DNA of 22,268 nt from the NCBI RefSeq assembly GCF_006345805.1, contig NW_021836727.1, forward strand, positions 1 through 22,268, given 5' to 3'. The stretch's first letter is position 1. Each line of letters starts with the position of its first letter. The notes below the pieces were generated by a model that saw nothing but the letters and a program-made list of their open reading frames with translations, did not search any database and was not told where the DNA came from. Positions 11,541 through 21,008 of the stretch are shown piece by piece. The position numbers and the translations under genes are program-made. The DNA is from Octopus sinensis. Lineage: Eukaryota.

Positions 11541-11690
11541 GGGGCGTGGAGTAGCGGCAACAATATTCTGCTCATACTCTCAGTGTCTCGAAATCGAATT
11601 CTGAACCGGACAACACATTGTGTGCTTGGGCAAAGCACTTCATTTCACGTTCCTCCACTCTAGTCAATTGAAAATGAATACCAGCAGTGT
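11541..11690 (+). mobile_element. Decayed tRNA-derived SINE (family C) with central conserved core
   Basis: GGGGCGTGGAGTAGCGG (A-box-like), AAATCGAATTC (B-box-like), then TTGTGTGCTTGGGCAAAGCACTTCATTTCACGTT..AAATGAATACCAG, a core typical of invertebrate tRNA-SINEs. Followed by (CT)n. Confidence 0.65.
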
Positions 11691-11698
11691 ACCGGTAC

Positions 11699-11700
<2 letters not shown>

Positions 11701-11790
<90 letters not shown>
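11701..11790. repeat. Perfect (CT)45 microsatellite
   Basis: Nine uninterrupted CTCTCTCTCT decamers. Confidence 0.98.
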
Positions 11791-11795
<5 letters not shown>

Positions 11796-11968
11796 AACAA
11801 CTATCACATCCTTGATGTGCCGCTTGAACAAAGGGTGAAATGGCTGAAATAGGGTCTATGCCTGTCCACGACTACACTAAAGCAATTATTGAAGATCTAC
11901 TTAATATTACGAGACTATACATGTTTGTGGATGACGACTGACTCATTCAATCAATGTGTTTATGCAAA

Positions 11969-12189
11969 TTTTGTATCATTGAAAATGGTTAAGTCCTAGT
12001 TTTTGTGTCATTCGATACCGTTGAACTCTAATTTTTATACCACTGGACACAATTGAGCTCTACTCTTGTAACACTGGATATGGCTGAGTCTTAGTTTTTC
12101 TATTATTCAATATGGTTGAGCCTACATTTTTGGTCATTAGATACGGTTGAGCTATAGTTTCTGTATCATTAAATACGCTTGAGTCCAAA
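11969..12189. repeat. Degenerate minisatellite, 7 copies of 31-32 bp
   Basis: Units start at 11969, 12000, 12032, 12064, 12095, 12127 and 12158. Consensus is roughly TTTTTGTATCATTNGATAYGGTTGAGYYCTAG. Confidence 0.85.
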
Positions 12190-12399
12190 TGTATGTAATG
12201 CTTTTGGAAAATTGGCATGGTACATAAGCTGGTGCCTTTTTCTCTATATTCGACCTCTCCGTCCTCGACATCATTGTATTAATATTACGATGATACAGCT
12301 GACTGAATCTCCACAGTAAATTTGACACTACTCTCAGCACAGAGTGAAACTATCGGTAAATGCTCAGTAGCCATTCTGGCAAATGCTTTTAAATTATTG

Positions 12400-12611
12400 T
12401 TTCAGATTTAGTGACGAAGCCAGCAAATTTGATGGGTGGCGAAGTATCAATAGATTACATCGACCCCAGTGCGCAAACGATACTTACTTCATCGATCCTG
12501 AAAGGATGCAAACCCGACTTAAGCGAAATGTATTTTCTCAGAACACAGAGGCTGAAAATACCGCTAAGGGTTTTGTCCGACGTGCTAACGATATTTTCCA
12601 GTTCGCCTCCT
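12400..12611 (-). mobile_element. tRNA-derived SINE family A, complete but decayed copy
   Basis: Minus-strand head AGGAGGCGAACTGGAAAATATCGTTAGCACG (A-box region). Body GATTACATCGACCCCAGTGCG..TACTTACTTCATCGATCCTGAAAGGATG matches copies at 7995-8547. Confidence 0.8.
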
Positions 12612-12681
12612 AAACACGCTTCAAAGTAATAACATTAATGCACACACATACATACACACATACACACCCATACAACATACA

Positions 12682-12850
12682 TATACGGCAGGCTTCTTTC
12701 AGGTTCTGTCTGCCAAATCCATATCCATTCAAAAGCTTTGGAGAGCCCGAAGTTATAGAAGACATTTTCCGAAAGTGCCATGCAATGGGACTGAGCCTGG
12801 AAATATGTTTCGACGCAAACTTTTTTAGCACACACCTACACGTGCACCTA
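12682..12850 (-). mobile_element. tRNA-derived SINE family B head+core module
   Basis: TACGGCAGGCTTCTTTCAGGTTCTGTCTGCCAAATCC..GCCATGCAATGGGACTGAGCCTGG aligns with 16113-16281. Confidence 0.82.
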
Positions 12851-12856
12851 CATATA

Positions 12857-14053
12857 TATTCGGTAATCCCGTAAATAATGCAGTTTTTTTATACTTCTTT
12901 TATTTTTCAAAATTAAGATAAAGAAAGTCATTTTTTAGTCTAAAATATATTCTCCTTCATTTTCCACAATGCTCTTTCATCTATGTAGTAGACTTGCAAG
13001 TCCCATATTCCAGAATTCATTTGTCCTAGACGAAAAATACTCCTCCAATACTTTTCTGAGTTCGTCTACAGAATTCATATATTTTCCATCCAAATGATTT
13101 TGAAGCCTGCTGAATAAATGATAATCAGATGAAGCAATGTCCGGTGAATAAGGTGGACGGGGCATGGTTTCCCATTTAAACTGCTCTAGCCTTTTGAATG
13201 TCATCCTCGCCGTGTTTGGTCGAGCATTATCCTGATGGAAGAATACATCTCGTCTTGAAACCAAAGATGCTCGTTTATCTTCTAGTGCTGGCTTAACCCG
13301 CTGAAGCTGCTCGCAGTAGATCTCCTTTGTTATCGTTTGGTTTAGATTTAAAAGTTCAAAGCAGACTGAACCCACTAAAGAGATAACAACACCTTAGGTG
13401 AAGACCTTCTTTAGCCTGGTGTGCCGGTGTTTCTCCTTTTCCTACTCACTGTCTTCGGCGGTTGACATTTTTGTAGAGGACCCATTTCTCGTCACCAGTC
13501 ACTATTCGGTCCAAAAAAGGTTCATTCGTGAGACGTAACAGCAGAGAAGACTCTGCGAGCGATTAGACTCGGAAAGTTTGTGAGGAACCCACAGATATCG
13601 ATGACTGGTTGAATGACCAAATCCAAGCGTCTGTGCTAGTTACTCAACAGTTACGATGAGATTTTGTTCCACTAGGGTTTGCAGAAGTTCAGCATCGAGC
13701 TCTACAGATCTTCCAGGATGAGGCTCGGCTTCCGGCTCTGAATTTCTTGAACCACCGTTGACACCGTCTTATCCTTATTGTCCAATACCCATAAACTACA
13801 TTGATATTCCTCGCACTTTCCGCTACCCAGTTGCCTTTGTTGAAGAAATATACCGAATATGCTCCTTTGTCACTTACATTGAAAAAAACATGTTAAAATC
13901 GAACTGCAGCATTCAAAACTTCCACTAAGATTAAAGACGAGATAAAATTACTGCCTGCTTTTATTGCAAGTTGATGCAGGTAGCTTATCCCGTCCCCTTC
14001 CGACTTTTTGTTCATACAATTGAAAAAACCGCATTATTTATGGGATGACCCAA

Positions 14054-14055
<2 letters not shown>
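12857..14055 (-). mobile_element. Near full-length mariner (DD34D) DNA transposon with TA target-site duplication
   Basis: TA-TTCGGTAATCCCGTAAATAATGCAGTTTTTT (12857-12889) versus the reverse complement of the right end, TA-TTGGGTCATCCCATAAATAATGCGGTTTTTT (4 mismatches in 31). Length is ~1.2 kb. Confidence 0.95.
12935..13879 (-). pseudogene. Mariner transposase pseudogene (element 3), DD34D motifs recognisable
   Basis: Reads M*VTKEHIRYI, WVPHKLSESN, FLDRIVTGDEKWVLY, HQDNARP..PPYSPDIASSDYHLF (34 residues between the 2nd and 3rd Asp), then R*KSIVENEGEYILD*. TGG>TGA stop at 12977-12979; natural stop at 12935-12937. Confidence 0.95.

Positions 14056-14116
<61 letters not shown>
14054..14116. repeat. 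(TA)n tract contiguous with the TA duplication of mariner element 3
   Basis: Read directly. Confidence 0.95.
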
Positions 14117-14120
<4 letters not shown>

Positions 14121-14274
14121 AAATGGATTCGTTGGTTTTTGACTATGACAACTGTTCTGTCAACTTAACTAAAGAATCAGCAAATTAGAGTTTAACAGGC
14201 TAAGTATCCCACAGGCACGGTTAACATGAAGGCTCAACCATTCTGATACCGTGTAATTACAGTTACATCAAACG

Positions 14275-14437
14275 GACAGCTTCTACATAGTTTTCGTGTA
14301 CCCAATTTTCCACACGAGACACCAATCAACTATAGTTTATGGTAAAAGCCACATAAAATATCACATGGCCACGGAGTAGAATCGAACCCTTGATCTCCTA
14401 ATCCTGAAGTAAACTTCATGACTACTCGGTTGCATGT
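14275..14437 (-). mobile_element. Old, decayed copy of SINE family B head+core
   Basis: GACAGCTTCTACATAGTTTTCGTGTACCCAATTTT..GGAGTAGAATCGAACCC aligns loosely with 16118-16270. Minus-strand B box GGTTCGATTC. Confidence 0.65.
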
Positions 14438-14439
14438 GT

Positions 14440-14772
14440 GTGTATGTGCGTGAGAAGAGAAAGAGACAGGGAGAGAAAGAGAGAGAAAGAGAGAGGGAGA
14501 GAGGGAGAGAGAGAGAGTGGTTATCAGCCATAAGATTAAAGCGATCATATTTGTTGTTTGTTATATATTTTTTGACTTTGCTTTATTATTGTTTTCTTCT
14601 CTGTTTTGAATAATTACACACAGGAATACGGTCAAACAAACAAACGAACGAACAAACGGCATATATAAAAGCATAAATATATATACGCGTACATAGACAT
14701 ATGCATGTATATATACACATATGTATGTATGCATACATACATGCATAAATATGTGTATATATCTGTGATTTA

Positions 14773-14821
<49 letters not shown>

Positions 14822-15190
14822 ATATATATACATACATATATATATCTATGAGTGTGTCTATGTATGAGTTGGTGTTATACATACCTAAATTCATAATTAA
14901 AGCTAACATTTCATTCTACTTCTATTTTCCAACTGAATCATCATTTGTTTAAATCACCGTTTCACACACACACTCTCTCTTTCCCTCCCTTGTCTTTTCT
15001 CCATACCTACTCTTTCTTTCTCAATAACTTTGTCCTACTCCGTGCTTCGCTACCTCACATTGTTTCTCACACACATATGTACACACACACACATACATAA
15101 ATACACACAGATACGTACATACATATATGTATATACACATACTCACATACACTTGTGTACACACACATGCATATATGTATATACATACAT

Positions 15191-15239
<49 letters not shown>

Positions 15240-15335
15240 TATATATATATAGACACACACATCGCTGCCCCTCTCTCTCTCTCTATCTTTCTCTCTCTCT
15301 CTCTGTCACTCTCTTTCTTCATACCCTCACTCCAC
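14440..15335. repeat. Microsatellite field: (GA)n, (TA)n/(TG)n, (CA)n, (CT)n with short unique spacers
   Basis: Read directly. Confidence 0.88.
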
Positions 15336-15553
15336 ACCTTCCCTTACAACTCCCCCCACGTTCTCACTCCTGCTTAAATCCTGAAAAGATGCCATGATTG
15401 ATGATTGCCGGACGCAGTAATTTTTTTTTTATCCAAACACAACAACACAAAAACATAACAAATTCAACAAAATACACGAACACAATAGAAACACAACAAA
15501 ATAGAACACAAATCTGACAGATAAATCTATATACTAATTAAATACAGACTCAT

Positions 15554-15647
15554 GCTCAATTCTATAGCGAGGCACTTTGAGAATGTGTCTTTTACCGAAG
15601 TCTTAGGTCGACCAAGATCTTGTAAGTGAAATTTGGTAAATAGAAAC
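15554..15647 (+). mobile_element. Decayed plus-strand fragment of SINE family B core
   Basis: GCGAGGCACTTTGAGAATGTGTCTTTTACC..GGTCGACCAAGATCTTGTAAGTGAAATTTGGTAAATAGAAAC matches the reverse complement of 16130-16215. Confidence 0.7.
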
Positions 15648-15898
15648 GATGTATGTGCCTGTTGTAGGGACTGGTTCTGTTCTTTAACGGTTAAATTCAT
15701 TTATAACTTGGTTTAATATTACCGTTTGGCCCTTGTTACGTTCAGCGAAGTTCATTTCGTATCCCCTGTCTTGGGATAAATAACTTTCCTCAGTATCAGA
15801 TAGTTTTACAACACGTCATGAGTTCTGCTCTTCCATGTTTTTGGCTTTGTTTTGTTTAGTTTTGTTTTTGTTTTTTTCTTGCAATAAGGAAATTTTAA

Positions 15899-16281
15899 AT
15901 CTCTTTTACTCTCTTTTTACTCTTTTACTTGTTTCAGTCATTTGACTGCGGCCATGCTGGAGCACCACCTTTTAGTACTTATTCTATCGGTCTCTTTTTG
16001 CCGAACCGCTAAGTGACGGGGACCTAAACACACCAGCATCGGTTGTCAAGCAATGCTAGGGGGACAAACACAGACACACAAACACACACACATATACATA
16101 TGTATACATATATACGACAGGCTTCTTTCAGTTTCCGTCTACCAAATCCACTCACAAGGCATTGGTCGGCCCGGGGCTATAGCAGAAGACACTTGCCCAA
16201 GATGCCACGCAGTGGGACTGAACCCGCAACCGTGTGGTTGGTTAGCAAGCTACTTACCACACAGCCACTCTTGCGCCTGTA
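15899..16281 (-). mobile_element. Well-preserved composite tRNA-derived SINE family B: tRNA head, core, (TG)n hinge, 3' module, (AGAGTAAA)n-like tail
   Basis: Minus-strand head ..GCAAGAGTGGCTGTGTGGTAAG (A box TGGCTGTGTGG) and GGGTTCAGTCCC (B box). Core to 16113, then a microsatellite 16068-16112, a 3' module ending GGTGCTCCAGCATGGCCGCAGTCAAATGACTGAAAC, and a tandem tail AAGTAAAAGAGTAAAAAGAGAGTAAAAGAG. Confidence 0.9.
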
Positions 16282-17189
16282 TACAATTTTGTATGATTGG
16301 TAGTTTAGCTTATGTAATACCCGAACGTGGCAGCACCACTATTTCCTAACATCTGTGTACTGAGGGTGCCGCGGTACTCCGTCCCTGAATAAAATAGTTA
16401 ATGTCCCATCAAACGTGGAAATAACTCTGCAGATATTTCGGTTCCTTCCGCCGCGATGCCAGTGCTGCTCGAGGTTATCCATCGATGTATGCAACAAAGC
16501 TTCTACGCAACAACACAACTATGTTGAATCACAGTTTCTGCCTTCTTCAATGCTCATAATTTCGGATTCTACTCAAAGCTTCGGATAATATTTACAAATA
16601 TCTATAACTTTATCTAAACTATATCTCTACCGATAATGATTCATAGTAAAAGTAAGATTTTTTTTAAATTTCAGTTGCTTTATTCTTTAACCCCAGGTGA
16701 GCCCTTAAATGATTAAAGGTGTTCGGGCCTTTTCAAAAGAAACTTTTTTGTGTATCTAGAAAGCCACTGCCTAATGTGTGCTTCTAAAAGAGTAAATTTT
16801 AATTCGAAGAAAATTAGCTGCCTTTTGAGCAAACCGATCATTATTAGGTGGAACTTTTTCTATCTTTCCTTACCTTTTTTCCTTTTTTTCATTAGGCATA
16901 GAAATAATTAAATATCAGAATTGGAGAGGACGTGTGCTTATTTCCAGGTAGCTTTCGGACCGCAAATTCATGTCGCAACATCCGCGGTCTCTTTTCCGGA
17001 CATATTCGTCATTGCACCTGAACAAGTAGTGTACTCCACATTTTATTAATGCTCCCTTCGTCCATTAGTGGGAATCGTATAAAATACTACAATCGCTTTA
17101 ATATTATTACCGTGCCAGTAACCTGTACTGAAGCTGTGGCTTCTTTAACAGAACTGTAGATGGTACCATTTGTGACTTCTTGGAGGAAA

Positions 17190-17365
17190 CACACAAATAC
17201 ACACGCATACATACACACATATCTATGTATATGTGTGTATATATGTATGTATATATATATATGTATATATATATGCACACACATACATGTGTATAAATAC
17301 ATACATTTGCATATGTATACATGAACACACACATACATACACATACATATATATGTATGTGTGAT
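17190..17365. repeat. (CA)n/(TA)n/(CATA)n microsatellite
   Basis: Read directly. Confidence 0.92.
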
Positions 17366-17794
17366 TGAGAAAGCAAATTCTCAACACCAGTTAAAACAAG
17401 AACTGAGTTATGCTGTGACATTATATGTGAGACTGCAAAAATAAATCATTCTCTTAATAGAGTCTCTTTATTACCTGATTATAAAGAAGCGACCGGAAAT
17501 CAATTGGCTGTCACTGTTTTCAAACATATATCTAATATATCATTGGGCTCAATAAAGCAAATACTTAATTAATTGTAGAATTAAACAGTGATTGTTTAAA
17601 GAAGAAATTTCCATGAATTAAATGTAAAAAAATAGATTTTCAATTCATTGTGATGTAGACAATCAAATTATACATATATAAAAAAGAGAATTGCAAAAAC
17701 AGTGTTTGTTTTGGTTTCGTTTCTTTCCTATAAAAAATTGACATATTTAGAATTCTGATTGTGTTTATATGCATATATGCATGAAGTATGAAGT

Positions 17795-17805
17795 ATAGAT
17801 AGATT

Positions 17806-17845
<40 letters not shown>

Positions 17846-18006
17846 CAGACAAACGGAGACAGAGACAGACAGAGAGGACAGAGATAGATACATAGATACA
17901 TACATGCATACATACCTACCTACCTACCTACATACATACATACATACATACATACATACATACATACATACATACATACATACTTACATATAGATTCACA
18001 TATATA
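17795..18006. repeat. Compound (GATA)-(GA)-(GACA)-(CATA)-(CCTA)-(CATA) microsatellite
   Basis: Read directly. Confidence 0.95.
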
Positions 18007-18011
18007 TGTTT

Positions 18012-18091
18012 TGGCTTCGTTTCTACCACTGGATGTCCTTCCTATCGCCGACCAGTTTACAGTGTGTTCTGAGTGCTATTTTAGGGCCACC

Positions 18092-18092
<1 letters not shown>
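18012..18092 (-). mobile_element. Short RTE-related/SINE fragment
   Basis: TTTCTACCACTGGATGTCCTTCCTATCGCCGACCAGTTTACAG resembles the reverse complement of the GGTTGGCG.TAGGAAGGGCATCC motif I associate with RTE-derived cephalopod repeats. Based on recalled resemblance only. Confidence 0.5.
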
Positions 18093-18122
<30 letters not shown>

Positions 18123-18394
18123 GGTATCATAACCTCGATAAATCCCGAAGACAAACTAAAAATCGCCACAGCACCAGCCATCGAGAATGCCAGATGCATT
18201 TTGAACTTTTGGGGCTCTTTTCAATGATGTGTAGTAGTGTCCAACCACATGCTTGGACAAAAATCCATTGCTTTTCATAAAGAAAATAATGAATAAAGCA
18301 ATCACTGATGTTGCGAACAGCTTCCCTGCTGAATAAATATTTGGTTGAAGCAATTGAGGCAACAGCAAATTAAAATGACCCTTTATGTATCTTA

Positions 18395-18452
<58 letters not shown>

Positions 18453-18993
18453 CATTGTTAATAGGCCATTACTCCGGTATTTGTCGAGAGGTAACATCTC
18501 TTGTGGCCAATCTATATATGATAGGTATACAAAAAGCCGTCTCCTCAGAAGCAGCTAGCAAGAAGGCGAAGAATTCTCTTGTAATGATGTGGTAGATTAC
18601 TAATGCATGTCACTGAAACATCCACCAAAAGCCGAAATTCGTGGGACCCTATTCAAATATCAATATGTATCCGTAATATTTTTAAACTAGACCAGTCGCA
18701 TTATATATATATACATACATACAAACATACACACACATATATAGTATAATACATATATGTATATATAGCACAAGATGAACAGGCTTACTCGCTAAAGATT
18801 TAATCCTCGGACACAAGCTAATGCCGGCGATGACAATACTATAATATAACGTAATAAAATATGATATAATAAAATATAACATAATGTAATTAATATATAT
18901 ATATAGGGAGAGTTTACGAAAAAAACAAAAGACGAAGACAGGTGGTGTACAAAACAAACAGATGGATTAGTATAATGCTCAGGAATAGAAAAG

Positions 18994-19030
18994 TATTTTA
19001 CGTTTCGAACCTCAGCTCTTCTATAGATAG
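18994..19030 (-). ncRNA. Degenerate minimal hammerhead-ribozyme-like motif (left arm, likely inactive)
   Basis: Minus strand reads CTAT-CTATAGA-A-GAGC-TGAG-GTTC-GAAAC-GTA-AAATA. The core has G5>A and stem I is poorly paired. Confidence 0.45.
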
Positions 19031-19539
19031 GAATACAGAAAGAAAAAAAAACAGGGAGAGAAACACGGAGAGAAAAAAAATGAGAGAAAAAAATGAGAGA
19101 AACAAGGAGAGAAAAAAATGTGTGTAGTGGCTAACGATTTATCATGGCGACTCGACACGCGGAGTAGATAAAGCGGGACAACTGATGAAGGAATTGTTCG
19201 TTATGTTGTCTTTCTCGTTTCTCTATTTGTTTCTTTCGTTGTTCGAAATATGTTCGTTTTCCATGTTTTTGTTTTTTATGTTCTCGTATTTCATTTTGTT
19301 CACATTTTTTAGTCGTCCTGTACCTATATATGCATGTATATATACATATATATGTAGGTATATATATATATGTATGTATTATATATGTAGGTATAAATAT
19401 GTTGGTTTGTCAGGACGCCATGATAGATCGTTAGCTCCTACACGCATTTTTTACTCTCCTTTTTTTCTCTCCTTGTTTCTCTCCTTTTTTCTCTCCTTTT
19501 TTTTCTCTCTGTGTTTCTCTCCTTGTTTTTTTCTGTGTA

Positions 19540-19577
19540 TCTTTCTGTCGAAGAGCGTAGGCTTGAAACGTATAAGA
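19540..19577 (+). ncRNA. Minimal type-I hammerhead-ribozyme-like motif with variant core (right arm)
   Basis: Reads TCTTT (stem I) CTGTCGA (core, A6>U) A GAGC-GTAG-GCTT (stem II) GAAAC GTA TAAGA (stem I'). Predicted cleavage is after 19572. The loopless palindromic stem III (ACGT) can form only in a dimer. Confidence 0.6.
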
Positions 19578-19651
19578 GCGCCATACTAATACATTTGTTT
19601 GTTTGTACACCACCTGCCCTCGTCTTTTGTTTATTTTCGTAAACCTTTCTG

Positions 19652-19652
<1 letters not shown>

Positions 19653-19703
<51 letters not shown>

Positions 19704-19720
19704 ATGTATATAGGTATATA

Positions 19721-19789
<69 letters not shown>

Positions 19790-19803
19790 TATATATATGT
19801 ATA

Positions 19804-19853
<50 letters not shown>

Positions 19854-19882
19854 CATACATAGCTATGTATGTACATACGTAC

Positions 19883-19913
<31 letters not shown>

Positions 19914-19925
19914 TGTATGTATAAG
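19653..19925. repeat. (TA)n/(TG)n/(TATG)n microsatellite field
   Basis: Read directly. Confidence 0.95.
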
Positions 19926-20864
19926 TGTGTTTGCTTATGCTATTTAATTTTATTTGTAGATTTCTTGCCAATGGAGAAACAGTAGGTTTCTAACCTAGTT
20001 TCAATACTCCTTTTTAACTGAATTTCAACAGCATCAACAGGGTAGTTATGCATATCTGTGTTTATGTGTACAAGGTTTTGGAGTCAATGCGCAGATCTTT
20101 AAGCTTATTTCATGTATGCATTTTAAACCATCCATTTGCGTGTCTAGATATGTGAATATGTACCTCCAGAAAATCTTTGATATCCTATATCCGAAATCTA
20201 ATTAGCATTCTTCTTTCTACTTTTGAGAATTCTGATTTCTCAAGACTGATGACGATAATACAATCACGCGTTTATTCAACTTCAAGTAGGTGGCCCAGGA
20301 TGAAGTTTGGTCAGCTATGGCTCTGGTTACGCTATCTGGAACTTTAACAAGAGGAAGGGCTTCTAGCATCCTTCAGTGAGGTAGAAACAAAAGTTCTCTT
20401 TTAGTCTAGTTACATTAAAACCAGGATCCTTCTACACCTCCGTACTTCCGACGTCGTTGTTGATCAACAATTGCAGGGGACATCACAAACTTCTTTCTTA
20501 TTCTTCTTATTCTGTTGTGATGATTTCGTTCCCATAATGGTCTTTGAGGGATAGTTTTAAACAGGTTGTATATATCCTAAACATTAACGTTTCGCATGTA
20601 GGTGGCTGGTGGGATTTTGTCATGTGATTGGTTCTCTTTTTAGGCATTGGTTTCGTTTCTGCTACACCTAACCGACGCAGTAAGTTGAGAGCTAACTAGT
20701 ACAGGTTTATAAGATATGTCGATAGAGCGTCAGTTTCTTGTACCATTATCCAACAATCAAGTCTCATACGCACGCTTTTAAATCCTGAAGTTTTTTAATT
20801 ACACTTACTAGAGTTTATGTATTGATGTTGTATGTCTTGGGTATAAATCAAGGATAATACTTAC

Positions 20865-20924
20865 GTTGGACATATTTCAGCCACAGAGCATCCCTGTTAA
20901 ATTCCCTTCGTACCAGATTTTTCT
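20865..20924 (-). CDS. Candidate isolated 60-nt internal coding exon (phase 1-1), product unknown
   Basis: Minus strand reads AACTTCTTTCTAG | 60 nt | GTAAGT. Only one frame is open: (x)KNLVRREFNRDALWLKYVQ. No homologue recognised. Confidence 0.3.
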
Positions 20925-21008
20925 CTAGAAAGAAGTTATCTTATCGTGAAGGAACTTCTCTGATCCTCACTACTTGTCCTATAAATTTTGTCCTTTTACA
21001 CCTGTTAC

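Larger units (their letters stand above)
18906..19652. mobile_element. Non-coding foldback element: ~240-bp inverted arms (18906-19149 and 19416-19652) around a 266-bp spacer, flanked by (TA)n; probably Penelope-like-derived
   Basis: The left arm GTTTACGAAAA..ACAAAAGACGAAGACAGGTGGTGTACAAA..GCTAACGATTTATCATGGCG matches the reverse complement of the right arm along its length. Both arms contain (A)nYRRGGAGAG-like subrepeats and a hammerhead-like motif. Confidence 0.85.

Noticed and set aside
11969-12189. 31-32-bp repeats read as CRISPR repeats
   Set aside because: The length fits, but the units abut directly with no spacers and are highly diverged.
12977-13375. 132-aa ORF read as a SETMAR or functional transposase gene
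   Set aside because: It has no SET domain, lies inside a TIR-bounded mariner copy with a broken N-terminus, and ends at a premature stop.
16200-16281. A-box and B-box region read as a tRNA gene
   Set aside because: No complete cloverleaf is evident, and it continues into a SINE core found several times in the window.
19182-19255. Canonical CTGATGA in the foldback spacer read as a third hammerhead
   Set aside because: The nearest GAAA (19245) is about 55 nt away. I could not build convincing stems II and III or a valid NUH site, so it is at most a decayed relic.
20220-20620. Minus-strand peptide LKLSLKDHYGNEIITT and a GAAACGTT motif read as a transposase or Penelope relic
   Set aside because: Neighbouring frames show no further family motifs, and no CUGANGA core lies upstream of the GAAAC.
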